Source: Adineta vaga (taxonomy: Eukaryota > Animalia > Rotifera). From it: a stretch of 64,000 nucleotides of DNA. The notes under the pieces are model-generated. The model saw nothing but the letters and a program-made list of their open reading frames with translations. It did no database searches and was not told where the DNA came from. The DNA is taken from positions 8,866,001 to 8,930,000 of the forward strand of contig CP075492.1 of assembly GCA_021613535.1 (NCBI GenBank), given 5' to 3'. Within the stretch, counting starts at the first letter, position 1; each line of letters starts with the position of its first letter. Below, in pieces: positions 52,879-64,000 of the stretch. Made by a program: the position numbers and the translations under genes.

Positions 52879-54208
52879 TTAGCCAAGTCCAACTGCTTCT
52901 ATACTTAACTTCCATAAACGATTTGCCGTTGCATCATCAGTACATAATGAAGTTGGTTGAACTGCTTTACAACTCCTAGATGACAAAAAGAATAAATCGT
53001 TTGACGATATGTTTTCCTATTGATAAAAAGAGTCATACTCAAAATACAATTCTTGTGATTTTTCAAGCGAAGGTTCAACTGCACAGTAAATTGTTGTTCG
53101 TGATCCTGTTTCGGGTGTTTTTGCAAATGCTATTTTAAGTAAACGTAATATTGGATAAGCAATTAGAAAACCAAATAATCCAAGTGCTTCTCTCATTGGT
53201 GATTGAATTGATGTCCATACCCAACCAGGATTTATTGAAAATGTATTAATACCATCTTCTATAGATAACAACAGAAATAGTACAAACAAAACTCAAATAT
53301 TAGCAACATACTCGCAAGTAAATCACGTTTTAATTTATAAGTTGATAAGATCTGAAATCCTTTCGACGCTGGATATGCACCCCAGAGACGAGAACTTTTG
53401 AATTGTGTAAATGCATCAGACCAATCAATAGATCGAATACCTATGTTTAAACACAAACGATCGTATGTGCTACAAATATCGATTAAGAATTCAAACTTTT
53501 ATGTGCACCAGATGAAATATTAATGATTCGACTTGGCCGACATTTTTTCAATTTATCTAATAATAGTTGTGTTAAAAGAAAATGACCAAGATAATTTGCT
53601 TGTATAATAGAATTAAATCCATCTTTGGTAACAACATTAGATGACCAAGCGAGACCAGCATTACAGATGAGAACATCAAGTCGATCTTCTTTTTCATTGT
53701 ATACTTTAGCAAATTTACGAACAGAATCTAATGAACATAAATCACATTCCATTAACCGAAGATTTTTTTCGTTGCAGTTAGTTTCAGAACGAAGTTGTCG
53801 AATTGCCCGATGTCCTCGTTCCATATTTCGACAAACAATGATAACTCGAGCTCCTAAAAAGAATTTACAGATCGTATAAAACTAATTTAGATCATACCGC
53901 GTTGGAGAAGATCTTTTGCAGCTTCATAACCAATACCAGTATTACCACCAGTAATAAGTATAGTTTTGCCTTGCATGGTTTGTGTACTTGGATAAAACTG
54001 TCGATTTACCCATAGTTTATTATATAACCATCCAACTATTACTAAAAATATGTTTGTCAATAGCAAATCGATCAATAAAAGAAAAATACGTCATACATGT
54101 TCCTGTTAAAACAAAAACTGCTACACGATATTGATCGAATAATTGGTGAACTACAGAGAAAATAGTATCAAGTGTTGATGGAGATGCTTTAGTACTTGTT
54201 TCAACCAT
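52879..54208 (-). CDS. Retinol dehydrogenase 11/12/13-like short-chain dehydrogenase, copy 1
   Basis: TGGNTGIG, CDLCSLDSVR, LICNAG, NYLGHFLLT, INISS, YPASK (YxxxK), NPGWV, RLWKLS. Confidence 0.92.
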
Positions 54209-54584
54209 TTTTTGTACGATTCAACGTTGGTCTAATATTTAGACATTGTATCTCTTTTTCATAAAAACCTTGATATATTTTATATAAACGAAAATAAACA
54301 TGAGAGTTAACCAATCGTGAGATAGATTGATGAATATATATTTACATGATACTATCGACCTCTGCGGTATGATTTTTTTATTAATTAAAGGACGGAAAAA
54401 TTTTAGATCTGCAAGTGCAGGTAATTACAATCAAACAGTAGAACTTTCTCTATAAAAAAATACCAACATGGCATATATTATAGGATCGTTCTACTTGGAA
54501 AATTATTGAAATTTGGTAACAAATTATATGGTTGATGATTTGATGTCACAAATATTATTCATCTGCAAAGGTATACATTAGATA

Positions 54585-55885
54585 TTATAATCCTACTGCT
54601 TCACAACTCAATTTCCATAAATGTTCCGCCGATTTTTGATCCGTACATAACAATGTTGGTTTCGACGGTGCAGAGTTCCTTAAAAAAACATACCATCGCA
54701 ATTTTTCTCATTGATAAAAGAATATTCTTTACTCACTCAAAATATAAATGCTTGGAATGCTCTAGAGAAGATTCAACAGCACAATAGACAATCGTACGTG
54801 CACCAATATACGGTGTTTTAGCAAAGATAAACTTTGTAAGATGTAATAATGGAAAGAGAATAAGAAAGAACCATGTGCCAACTGCTGAATGTAATGGATC
54901 TTGAAATGAAGTCCATACCCATCCGGGATTTAAAGCAAATACATCAATACCATCATCTAGATGATCCAGAATTATAAACGATGAATTCAATAAAACTTCA
55001 GTGTTACCGTAAAGATCATGTTTAAGTTTGTAAGATGATAGAATTTGACTTGCTTTTGATGGACAATATGCACCCCACATTGCATCTGTTTTAAAATTAG
55101 TTAATGCCGTTATTCCTTCAGTTGCTGGAGGAACTATAAATACAAGAGCAAGGTTCATCAATTTTCAGACAAACACAGAATGTTTTACTCACATTGATGT
55201 GCACTCGATGAAACATTAATAATTCGACTGGGTCGACATTTTTTCAATTTATCTAACAATAGTTGTGTTAAAAGAAAATGACCAAGATAATTACTTTGCA
55301 TAATATCATTGAATCCATCGTTTGTATAAATAGTCGGTGTATAAACTTGACCAGCATTGCAAATGAGAACATCAAGTCGATCTTCTTTTTCATTGTACAA
55401 TTTAGCAAATTTACGAACCGAATCAAATGATGATAAATCACATTCCATCAATCGTATATCATCTCTTTTACATCCTGTTTGTGAATGGAGTTTTGTTAAT
55501 GCTTGATGACCTCTACCGATATTACGACATGCAATGATCACTCGTGCACCTATAAATAATTAGAACAAAAATCGAAAAAATCGAACAATGTAAGAACTCA
55601 AACCTCGTTGAAGAAGATCTTTTGCTGTTTCATAACCAATACCAGTATTACCTCCAGTGATGAGAACAGTTTTGTTCCTCATTGATTGTGTACTAGTATA
55701 CAACAATTGATTCATCCAGAATTTATTGAATAACCGTATTAGTATTACTAGGAAAATAATAAATAAAGTTAAATTGAGAACGTATTTATCTTACCAAGAG
55801 AAATTACGATGAAAAAAGTCATACGATTTTGTTCAACCAATTGCTGAATAACAGAAAAAGAAGTGTTGATAATCGATAGAAACAT
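54585..55885 (-). CDS. Retinol dehydrogenase-like SDR, copy 2 (tandem paralog)
   Basis: TGGNTGIG, CDLSSFDSVR, NYLGHFLLT, YCPSK, NPGWV; same exon layout as copy 1. Confidence 0.92.
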
Positions 55886-56110
55886 GATCTAAATTTTGCT
55901 AAATATTTAGTTCGTTCTTTGTACGTGTAGATATATTATTATTATTAAATGTATACTTTTATGTTCACACAGACACAAGCACACCCTTTATTTATCATTC
56001 ATCCTTTTCTTTTCTACAATAGAACAAAAAATCGAAACATCTATCTGAGATTTTTCTATATACAAAAAAAAACAGATCTTCATCTTCCAAATATCTCTAA
56101 AGATATATAA

Positions 56111-59100
56111 TTAAACATAGATTATAGTCGGAGGTCCATTGTTTCTTGAATATTGTTGATGAGATTTTTCATTATCACTACTAATTGTTTCATGATCATA
56201 ATCATCATCATTACTACTTGAACTACCATGAAGCATAGCTGTATCATCTTCATTCCATATAATTGGTTCTAGTTCCATATTTGATGAACTTGTTCCAGTA
56301 GTATTTGTACCAATAATTGAATGCGAAGAAATTCGTTCTAACGATGATAATGGCATGTGATTTGATGATGATAACAAACTTGTTTTTGTAGTTCGTTCAT
56401 TAGATCTTAAGATAAGATCACATTCATTTGATATTAGATGTGTTAATTTTGAATTGATCATATGTTGATGACGATGATAATGGTGAGAAAGTTTGGGAGA
56501 ACGATGTTGAAGATGAGAGATTTGATTCGATGATGAATGAGATCGATGTTTTCCATGTATTAAACAATAGAGGAGAATAAGTATAACAGCAATGGCAATA
56601 AAAATGAGAATTGAAAAGAGAATCATTATCCAAAAGCTAAATCGGGATGATGATATTCGTACTAAATAAGAAAATGAATTCTAATAAGTAAAGGATAAAA
56701 TTTCTCGACACATCATACATTTGTCTTGATAGTTAAAAAAAGCAAGTTGATCTTGACAGATAGGACAACAATGTCCAGATAATGTCACTGTATGTAAACA
56801 CGTTAATGATGGACATTTATGTTGATGACAAACAATTGTTCCAAGTGAACATTCACAATGATGACATTCGCTGACCTAAAATGAAAATATCGATCTTAGG
56901 AAAAAAACAAAGATTAATTGAATAAAGCTAATTTACATTCCAATGTTCACCAGAACGATATTGAACATAATTAAAAACACAAACAGCAACAGCTGCTGTT
57001 GGTGGAAGACAAAAAGGACAACATTGACCTTTCTTGAGAATAGGATTCGAACATGGTAAATCTTGTTTACATGTTTGAGAAAAACACTCAATTTGTCCTA
57101 CACCACCACGTGGACATAGACAGGACTGACATGCATCTGTTGTCCATAATTCTCCTGCATGTTTAATCATTCCATTTTCAAGTACACAAACATCTTCATC
57201 TGTTGTTGATGTATCGATACTTGATAATGATTGAGATGATGTTGGTGGACATACAGGACAACATAATGATGCATCATAAATTGGTGAGGAACAACGAAGA
57301 GGTGGGCATAATGATATGCTACAAAATGCAATATTATGTAAACACATACATTTTGTACATTTATCAAATTCAAGTTCTTCTCCAGTAGCATATTGACTGG
57401 CATAACAAACTTGAGAGGATGGAGTTGGTTCAGGTAAAAGTGGCGTATCTAGAGAAGAATGATGTTAATTTCGAGAAAAAGAAGGCATGAAAAATAAAAT
57501 TAACCTGGACATGTAGGACAACATCGATTTGGTAGAAGTACAGGATGAGAACATTTTGGTGTTGGACATGAAATAAGTGCACAGAGTTGTTCACCTTTAT
57601 GACATAAACATTGTCGACAACTATCAAACCAGATTTCACCATTTGAATATGAAAATGAACCAGACTGACATTGTCGAGGCCATGGTTGTACGATAAGATC
57701 AGTTTTTGAAGTTAAATTACTTTCACAAACACAAATTGAACAACCAACTTCATTTCGTTTTAATCCATAAGTACAATTTTTCGTACAAATTAATTGTGGA
57801 CATGGATTACAAGCACAAGAGGGACAACCAGTTTTTTCATCGACTGCATAATTATAAGGACAATGTTTATCACAACGTAATTCGCCACAATCTCTATCCA
57901 ATGGTGATGAACATAGACAATATTGTTTTGATAATTTTTCAAATTTCAATGTACATAAGGGTGCTGGACATGACATAGTTGAACATGCACATTGAGAACA
58001 ACCATGTTCATCTTTCGTTAAGCCATGTTCACAAACTAATAAACAATTTTCTAATTTAGGACATTTATATACTGAAGTCATGTTTAATTTCATTTCTTCG
58101 GAATATTTATGTTCATCAATGTCACATACAGGACAACAAACATTAGCAATTTGACGAGGATTTTCACATGGAGGAGCAATACATCCTTCAGCGAGACAAT
58201 GTGATCGACCATTTTCACATGAACATCGCATACAACCATCTGATTCAATCCATGTTGAATTCATATGTTGAACATGAAAACGATCATTTAAACAACCTAA
58301 TGATAAAATTAAAATGAAAACTATCTTATGAAAACAAATACACACCTCCACATCTCGGACAACATTCATTTTCTGGTTTGTACATGTATCCACAATGGGT
58401 GTAAGTTGGACATTGAACCATCGAACAATCGGCACGTCCAGAACGGCAAGTACATGTTGTACAATGATCAATAGACCATGTTTCATTTTCATGATAGATC
58501 TTTTTTCCATGTTGACATTGTTCCAAATCTTGATGAGAGATTAAAAAATAAATTGAAATTATGGATTATTATGATCAAGATATCCCCCTTCTCTCACCTA
58601 CTCTTAATGCAATTAAATTGATCACAACATTGTCCAGGAAGATACGGATTGCCTGTTCGATAGATTTGTATAATAGAATTTTCTCCACAAATCGTTTTTG
58701 GACATGATGAACAGACACATTGACCTTGAGGTTCACAACAAATCGATGGAAAAGTTTTCAAAAGAGAATATGTTGCTCGTCGAGAAGGAGTATGATCTTT
58801 AACGAAATGACTATCGGATGGACATATAGATGAATTGGTTGGTGCACTTTTACATATAATATTCGAGCAATCAATTAAATCTTTAGCTAAAAACAAAAGT
58901 AATTGAGAATTTTCTTTTCTTAATGTAATCTGATTCTTGTATAGATCATTTCATATTTCTACAAGGATAAATATTACATCGTATGTCAAACTGTCTATTG
59001 CATCGTTAGTAAAGTAAGTCTTGCAAGTTCTTCTAGAACAATCTATCGTATCTCATATTTATTTACAGGTCATCATGTCTCATGTTTCTCCTAATTCTGT

Positions 59101-59939
59101 ACCCAGCTTTGTTTGCCTTTCCGATATACTATATATTATTCTAACAAATCGATGTATTCTTAACGAATGATTTGTATGGAACTATTTAGATCAGATGATT
59201 TAACATTACTAATGAAGAATAACATAATTCTTGATATAACAAATATATAATTACATGAGTTATCCAACTAATCTATTTTGTCAGAGCAAAATTGAAGGAA
59301 AAAATCAATTCTTACCATCGCTGGCTTTCAAAGCACTTGCATCGTATTCTTTATGTATAATTGATTGATTTTTACAATTATCTTTTGTATCATATGAAAG
59401 ATTTTTATCACAAGGTATACGTCTATTGATACATTCACATGTTCTTTTCTTATCTTTAATAACGGATAAACATTGAAATTTTAAACATGCTAAAATAAAC
59501 AAACTATTTTTTCATAAAAAGAAACAATATTATTCTAACCTTTGACACAAATTCCTGTTTGTTCATAAGGAGATTTTGTTGTTGTTATTGTTTTAGTGGA
59601 TTTATAACACAATAAATCTTCTTCACATATACCATAAATATTAAATCGTCCTCCACATATTTCATTTTCTTTTCGAAGACAAACTGTACAACAATCACAT
59701 TGATCACGAATTAATTTTGTACAATTTTTATTTAATAAGGCATGTTCATAACAATAGTCTACTACACATGGTTCATGACATTCAGTTTGATAACCAGATA
59801 ATGAAGTTGATTGAATTGGTACAACGATTAATTTCAATTGTTTATCATTGTTGTCATTGGAAGTTGCAGTCGTAAGAGAATTGAAAAGAAATGTCGAAAA
59901 TAGAATAATAATAATGAGCAGAAAACGCCCGATGAGCAT
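56111..59939 (-). CDS. CRIM1: Cysteine-rich motor neuron 1-like BMP regulator
   Basis: Signal peptide, IGFBP-like CDCCTVC..EICGG..GIC.EDL.C, several VWC repeats (W..D.C..C.C....C....C..CCP.C) flanking antistasin-like repeats (C.YG...N..GC..C.C), TM helix, cytoplasmic tail. Confidence 0.88.
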
Positions 59940-62900
59940 TACTGCTCGACTGTTAAACACATTGCCTTTTTCAGACTAATATAGAGGATGTTGATGGACG
60001 ACGTATTTGTCGATACCACCTAGGCATTCCAATTAAATTCGGCCTAAAATGAATAAATAAATGTTTTTCAAAGCCTCACACATAAAAATTTCAATCAAAA
60101 ACAACTTCAATCTTTTATATTTATTTTATTTCAAGATTATTTTTTCTAACGAAAAAAATAATATTTTCTCTTTTTATAGAATAAAAAGATTTGAAGTTAT
60201 ATTTCTCTATATAATCAAACTGATTTTCTACGCTTATCTTTCTCTCATTCGAAGATACGACCTAATAATACTCGTTCTGATGTCACAAACAATATCTACA
60301 AAAGAAAATTGATTTCCTTTTAGTAAGAAGAAAAAACCTGTATCTGAAGGGTATTTATTGTATTTAAGAGAAGTCATAAATGGTTATTCATCGATGGATT
60401 TCTTTCTTCGTCGAGTGAGTCAAAGAAAGAAAGAAACACAACAAAAAGAAGAGAGACGGATGGTATGTTAGAAGAATATTTCTTCAATAACTTTGTTTTT
60501 TTACAAAGGAAAAAAACGAAAAAGAATGTATATATTAACATTTTTGCTGTTTGTCTGTTGACTAATCTTTCGTTCTTTGATATAAAAAAAAATAAAAATC
60601 GAATACATCGGATGTCTTCGAATTCGTATAGACAAAGAGAAAGAGAGAGAGAGGAAGAAAAAAAACGAAGGTGGGCGATCATCTCATGTACAAATAATTG
60701 CCATACCAGACATATCTGTGCTTCTGTTTTTTTCTGCTTGGATATGTATATATTTCATCTTTGACTAATAACGACAAGAAGCAGTTCTTCATCTATTATC
60801 TCTTGTTTCGGAATCAAAGATGACATCAACAAAAGAATCGGAAAGAAAGTACATCGACAACAATAACAAAAAACAACACCTGATCAAGCTTAAGAAAATT
60901 GCTTGTTATTAATTCAATAAATACTACCTTAGAAATTGATAATTAGTTGTTGTACTTGTCTAGTACCATTGGTGTTTTTTCTTCATACCAAGATAGATCA
61001 CGCATGTTATGTGTAAAAGACACGATAATTGTTTTTTTTTATTCGATAGCAATGAAGAGTAAAAATCACATGCAACAAACAGCGAATGATACTTGAAACG
61101 AAAAAGAAAGAAACGAAAAGAACGATAGCATGCGCAATTGATTGAAAAAAATATGAAAGAAAGGCAAACATTATTATTCGCAAAAGTTTTGACTAACTGT
61201 AACAGAAATAGCATTACTAGTTAAAAGAGTGTATACCCTTGAAGTCATACTAATAAAGGACTCGATTTTCTATCCATCCGATAAAATAAAATTTTGATAT
61301 TTAGTTCCGCCTGATAAAATAGAATGTCAGATTCAATAGAAGAAAGCATGAAGTACGTGAGCAAATAGCATCGTCGATAGTAGGATTTAGTGAGAAAAAA
61401 AATATAAAAGGTAAAGATAAGTATTACTTATCATGAAACAACAAAAACAGATGTTTCTTTTATTCTTCAAGGTGTCGATTGAAGAAATATTCTTCTATGT
61501 GAAAAACATTTCTACTCATGATTGCGCATAATTATTCTTGAGGGACAAGTTGTAATCGATAAATATATCTATACGCCTATTAAGAAGTGATAACTGTATG
61601 TGCTAATCTTATTTTTTTGATCTCGACGAATAAATAAATAAATATGTCGAATAAGTAATAACAAAAGAACAAGTGTTTGTTGAGGTTTGTGGCAACAATG
61701 ATTGCGAGCTATCTTCGAAGTAGACAAAGATTCTCTCACCCATTAGAGCCTATCTTTTACTTTTCTTCCCGTCGACGACTACGTCTGTTACAGAGAAATT
61801 TCTTCTCGAATCAGAAACAGTGCTTTTGGGAAGATTCGAACAAGGTCATAATAACACATTAAACCATTCGATTAGAATTGATTCTCATTAAAATGAACAA
61901 AGTAGACTATCAATTTATTATCATCAATAGTCCAAGTGAGAAAAAAAAATATCCATAATCTAAAGATTTATTTTTGCTAATTAAAACGCCATTTTGATCG
62001 TATCATTAAGCACAGATACTTTCTCCTTCGTTTTCTTTCTTTCTTACAAATATAGATGTGTATGTGTGTGTGTGTGTCTACTTGACAGTTTTATTTTTAT
62101 TTACCTGTTAATTTTACACAGCTTACTAATATGTAAGAGATATTATCTTGATGTGGAAAAAAACGAACATATTCGATACTCACCTTTTAATTTTCTTTTC
62201 TTAAATGAATAAAGAATGTTTTCAAGGCAACAGCTGTACATTACCATTAACGCTTTCTCTCTCCCTCTCCCTCTCTCTTCTAAAGTAACAACATGAATAG
62301 CTGATGTTAGATTCTCAATCTTTTCTTTTTTCCTTACATATTATATATCAATACATTCAAGTAACTAAACAAACCTGTTTTCTGTATGTCGAATGCGTTG
62401 TTGACTGAGAATAATCATCATGGATAGCAGCGACGACCTCGAAATGTCCGTGTCTGTTTTACTGATAATCGTAACGATGATAGAATGAAGCAAAGAATAG
62501 TAGTAGTTGTTGCCTATAAAACATGACTCATCATACATGAAATTCTAATACTGATATTATTTTATACAGTCAGAATGCTTCTCATTTGCAGAACAAGTTA
62601 AACGAAAGAGGAGAAGAGAATAAGAATAAGAACGCTAAGTCAAAGAACAGCTATTTATCTAAAACAAAAGAAGAATAACATGTATGCAATACATGTTTAT
62701 CAGTAGATAAGAAACAAGGTACTAATATATTAAATTCGAATGGTGTTTTTCGAAAGATATATGATATATATACGTTAATCGGTTGAAAAGCTAAAACAAA
62801 GTCACTCGATAGATCTGGAATTTGAGATTAATCATTGTAATAAAATATAAACAAGAATATTCATTACATACAAATATGTGTTTTTTATTGATGCTTCTAC

Positions 62901-63030
62901 TTTTCAATGAATTCATAAAAAGACAGACAAATCAACATTCGTATGAAAAACTGGTAATACTCAAATGAACAAACTAATGTATACAGATCGCGAGAATAAA
63001 ATAATTATATTTTCTCTTCAGTCATTCAGT

Positions 63031-63264
63031 TCATTGATGTTGAGCTAAATGTTCATAACCTTGTCCAGTTCGCATTGGTTGACCACCTGAACCACCTGAT
63101 GAACCAAATTTTTCAATACCAGTTTCTTCATGACCACTCGATTTTGGTACATTTTGTGTACTCGCTGTTTTTGAATGTGTGTCGTCATCACCGGAAGAAG
63201 CTGGTTTACTTGTATCTAAATCTGTATTTGCTTCAGTTGAAGGTTGCGAATTTTTATCCGACAT
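63031..63264 (-). CDS. 77-aa hydrophilic, probably disordered protein (hydrophilin-like)
   Basis: MSDKNSQPSTEANTDLDTSKPASSGDDDTH..GSSGGSGGQPMRTGQGYEHLAQHQ; S/G/T/D-rich, no Cys or Trp; splice acceptor just upstream. Confidence 0.65.
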   Translation of the reverse strand: MSDKNSQPSTEANTDLDTSKPASSGDDDTHSKTASTQNVPKSSGHEETGIEKFGSSGGSGGQPMRTGQGYEHLAQHQ

Positions 63265-63604
63265 TATTCGTTTTCTTTTCAATTTCTAAATAAGTAATTT
63301 GATAAAATGAATTACGAAGTAAATCAAGATACTTTTACTTTTACTTTTACGTCTTAATCTATTATCCAATACAATAACTGGTACTTGGTAGCCTCCTCTT
63401 TACGTACCAACACAAGGGCGACAGTAACCAATCACAAAACAATCAACAGCTGTGATGATGATGATGATGATGATCTTTTTACAAGTAATCAAAACGTATA
63501 TTTTGAGTAGATAGATAGGTTTCATATTTATTCTACATATGAAAACTAGTAGTTTGTACATTGCTTTTTTTCTCAATAATGTATACAAAAAAAAACGAAA
63601 GAAA

Positions 63605-64000
63605 CTACCAAAACAATTCTACTGGATGTTCATCAACATAAACATCTTCGTCTTCATGTTTTCTATCGCTTCCTCCACCTCGATAGAAAAACATCCCAAT
63701 TAAAATAATTGGCAGAGCACCAATACTAAAACCAATATCCCAAGCATCCATTGCTCCAACACCAGCCCATTTATTAATTGATGGAAAAATAAACCAAAAT
63801 GATGTTGCTAATAATGGAGAAATCGACGATAATATTGACAGCCAATTAGCAGAGACATGATCTGTTAGAAATGTGCCAGTTATGTATGTTGCTAAATATG
63901 ATACAATAAATAAAACTCCTGTAGCTCCAGCATAAATACAACGACCACCACTGAGACTACTATCATTGAAAAAACATTTGAATCCATTCGAAAATGAACT
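63605..64000 (-). CDS. CRT-like (chloroquine-resistance-transporter/CLT family, DMT superfamily) transporter, 3' part
   Basis: Open frame ..NGFKCFFND..RC..GVLFIVSYLATY..VSANWLSILSSISPLL..FW..IILIGMFFY..ELFW*; the two-Cys loop followed by an SA..P.. helix resembles CRT-like proteins. Confidence 0.6.
   Translation of the reverse strand, partial: SSFSNGFKCFFNDSSLSGGRCIYAGATGVLFIVSYLATYITGTFLTDHVSANWLSILSSISPLLATSFWFIFPSINKWAGVGAMDAWDIGFSIGALPIILIGMFFYRGGGSDRKHEDEDVYVDEHPVELFW

Noticed and set aside
60000-63000. Several short ORFs upstream of CRIM1
   Set aside because: Low-complexity AT/GA-rich sequence, most consistent with 5' UTR, intron and regulatory DNA

Overview
AT-rich (visually about 30% GC), gene-dense eukaryotic animal DNA with very short GT-AG introns (mostly 45-65 nt). 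This architecture and the gene content (TPR/ADP-ribosyltransferase family remnant, intron-bearing foreign-looking genes) suggest a bdelloid rotifer (inference). About 30 genes were reconstructed by splicing by eye. Conserved animal genes: KLHDC4 (partial), RAD21, EF-hand NADPH oxidase (NOX5-like), CHK2, MFSD6-like, RASSF7/8-like, two RDH-type SDRs, CRIM1-like, a C-type lectin/EGF receptor, a TIL inhibitor and a Ly6-like protein. Three loci stand out. (1) An intact, multi-exon GARS-AIRS-GART purine-synthesis paralog whose catalytic motifs are altered in all three domains and which has gained a basic/acidic insert, i.e. a candidate triple pseudoenzyme. (2) A protein fusing five PBZ-like (poly-ADP-ribose-binding) zinc fingers to a GATase1-like domain that looks non-metazoan. 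(3) An 11-kb array of four bacterial/fungal-type PA-M28 aminopeptidases carrying type II anchors and microsatellite-encoded Thr stalks, preceded by two anchor-only mini-paralogs and showing signs of gene conversion. Three genes are absent from the ORF track: a 54-aa PMP3/RCI2 proteolipid, a coiled-coil/ubiquitin-like protein ending in -ESDV, and a CRT-like transporter fragment. All family assignments come from motif recognition, with no database search run.
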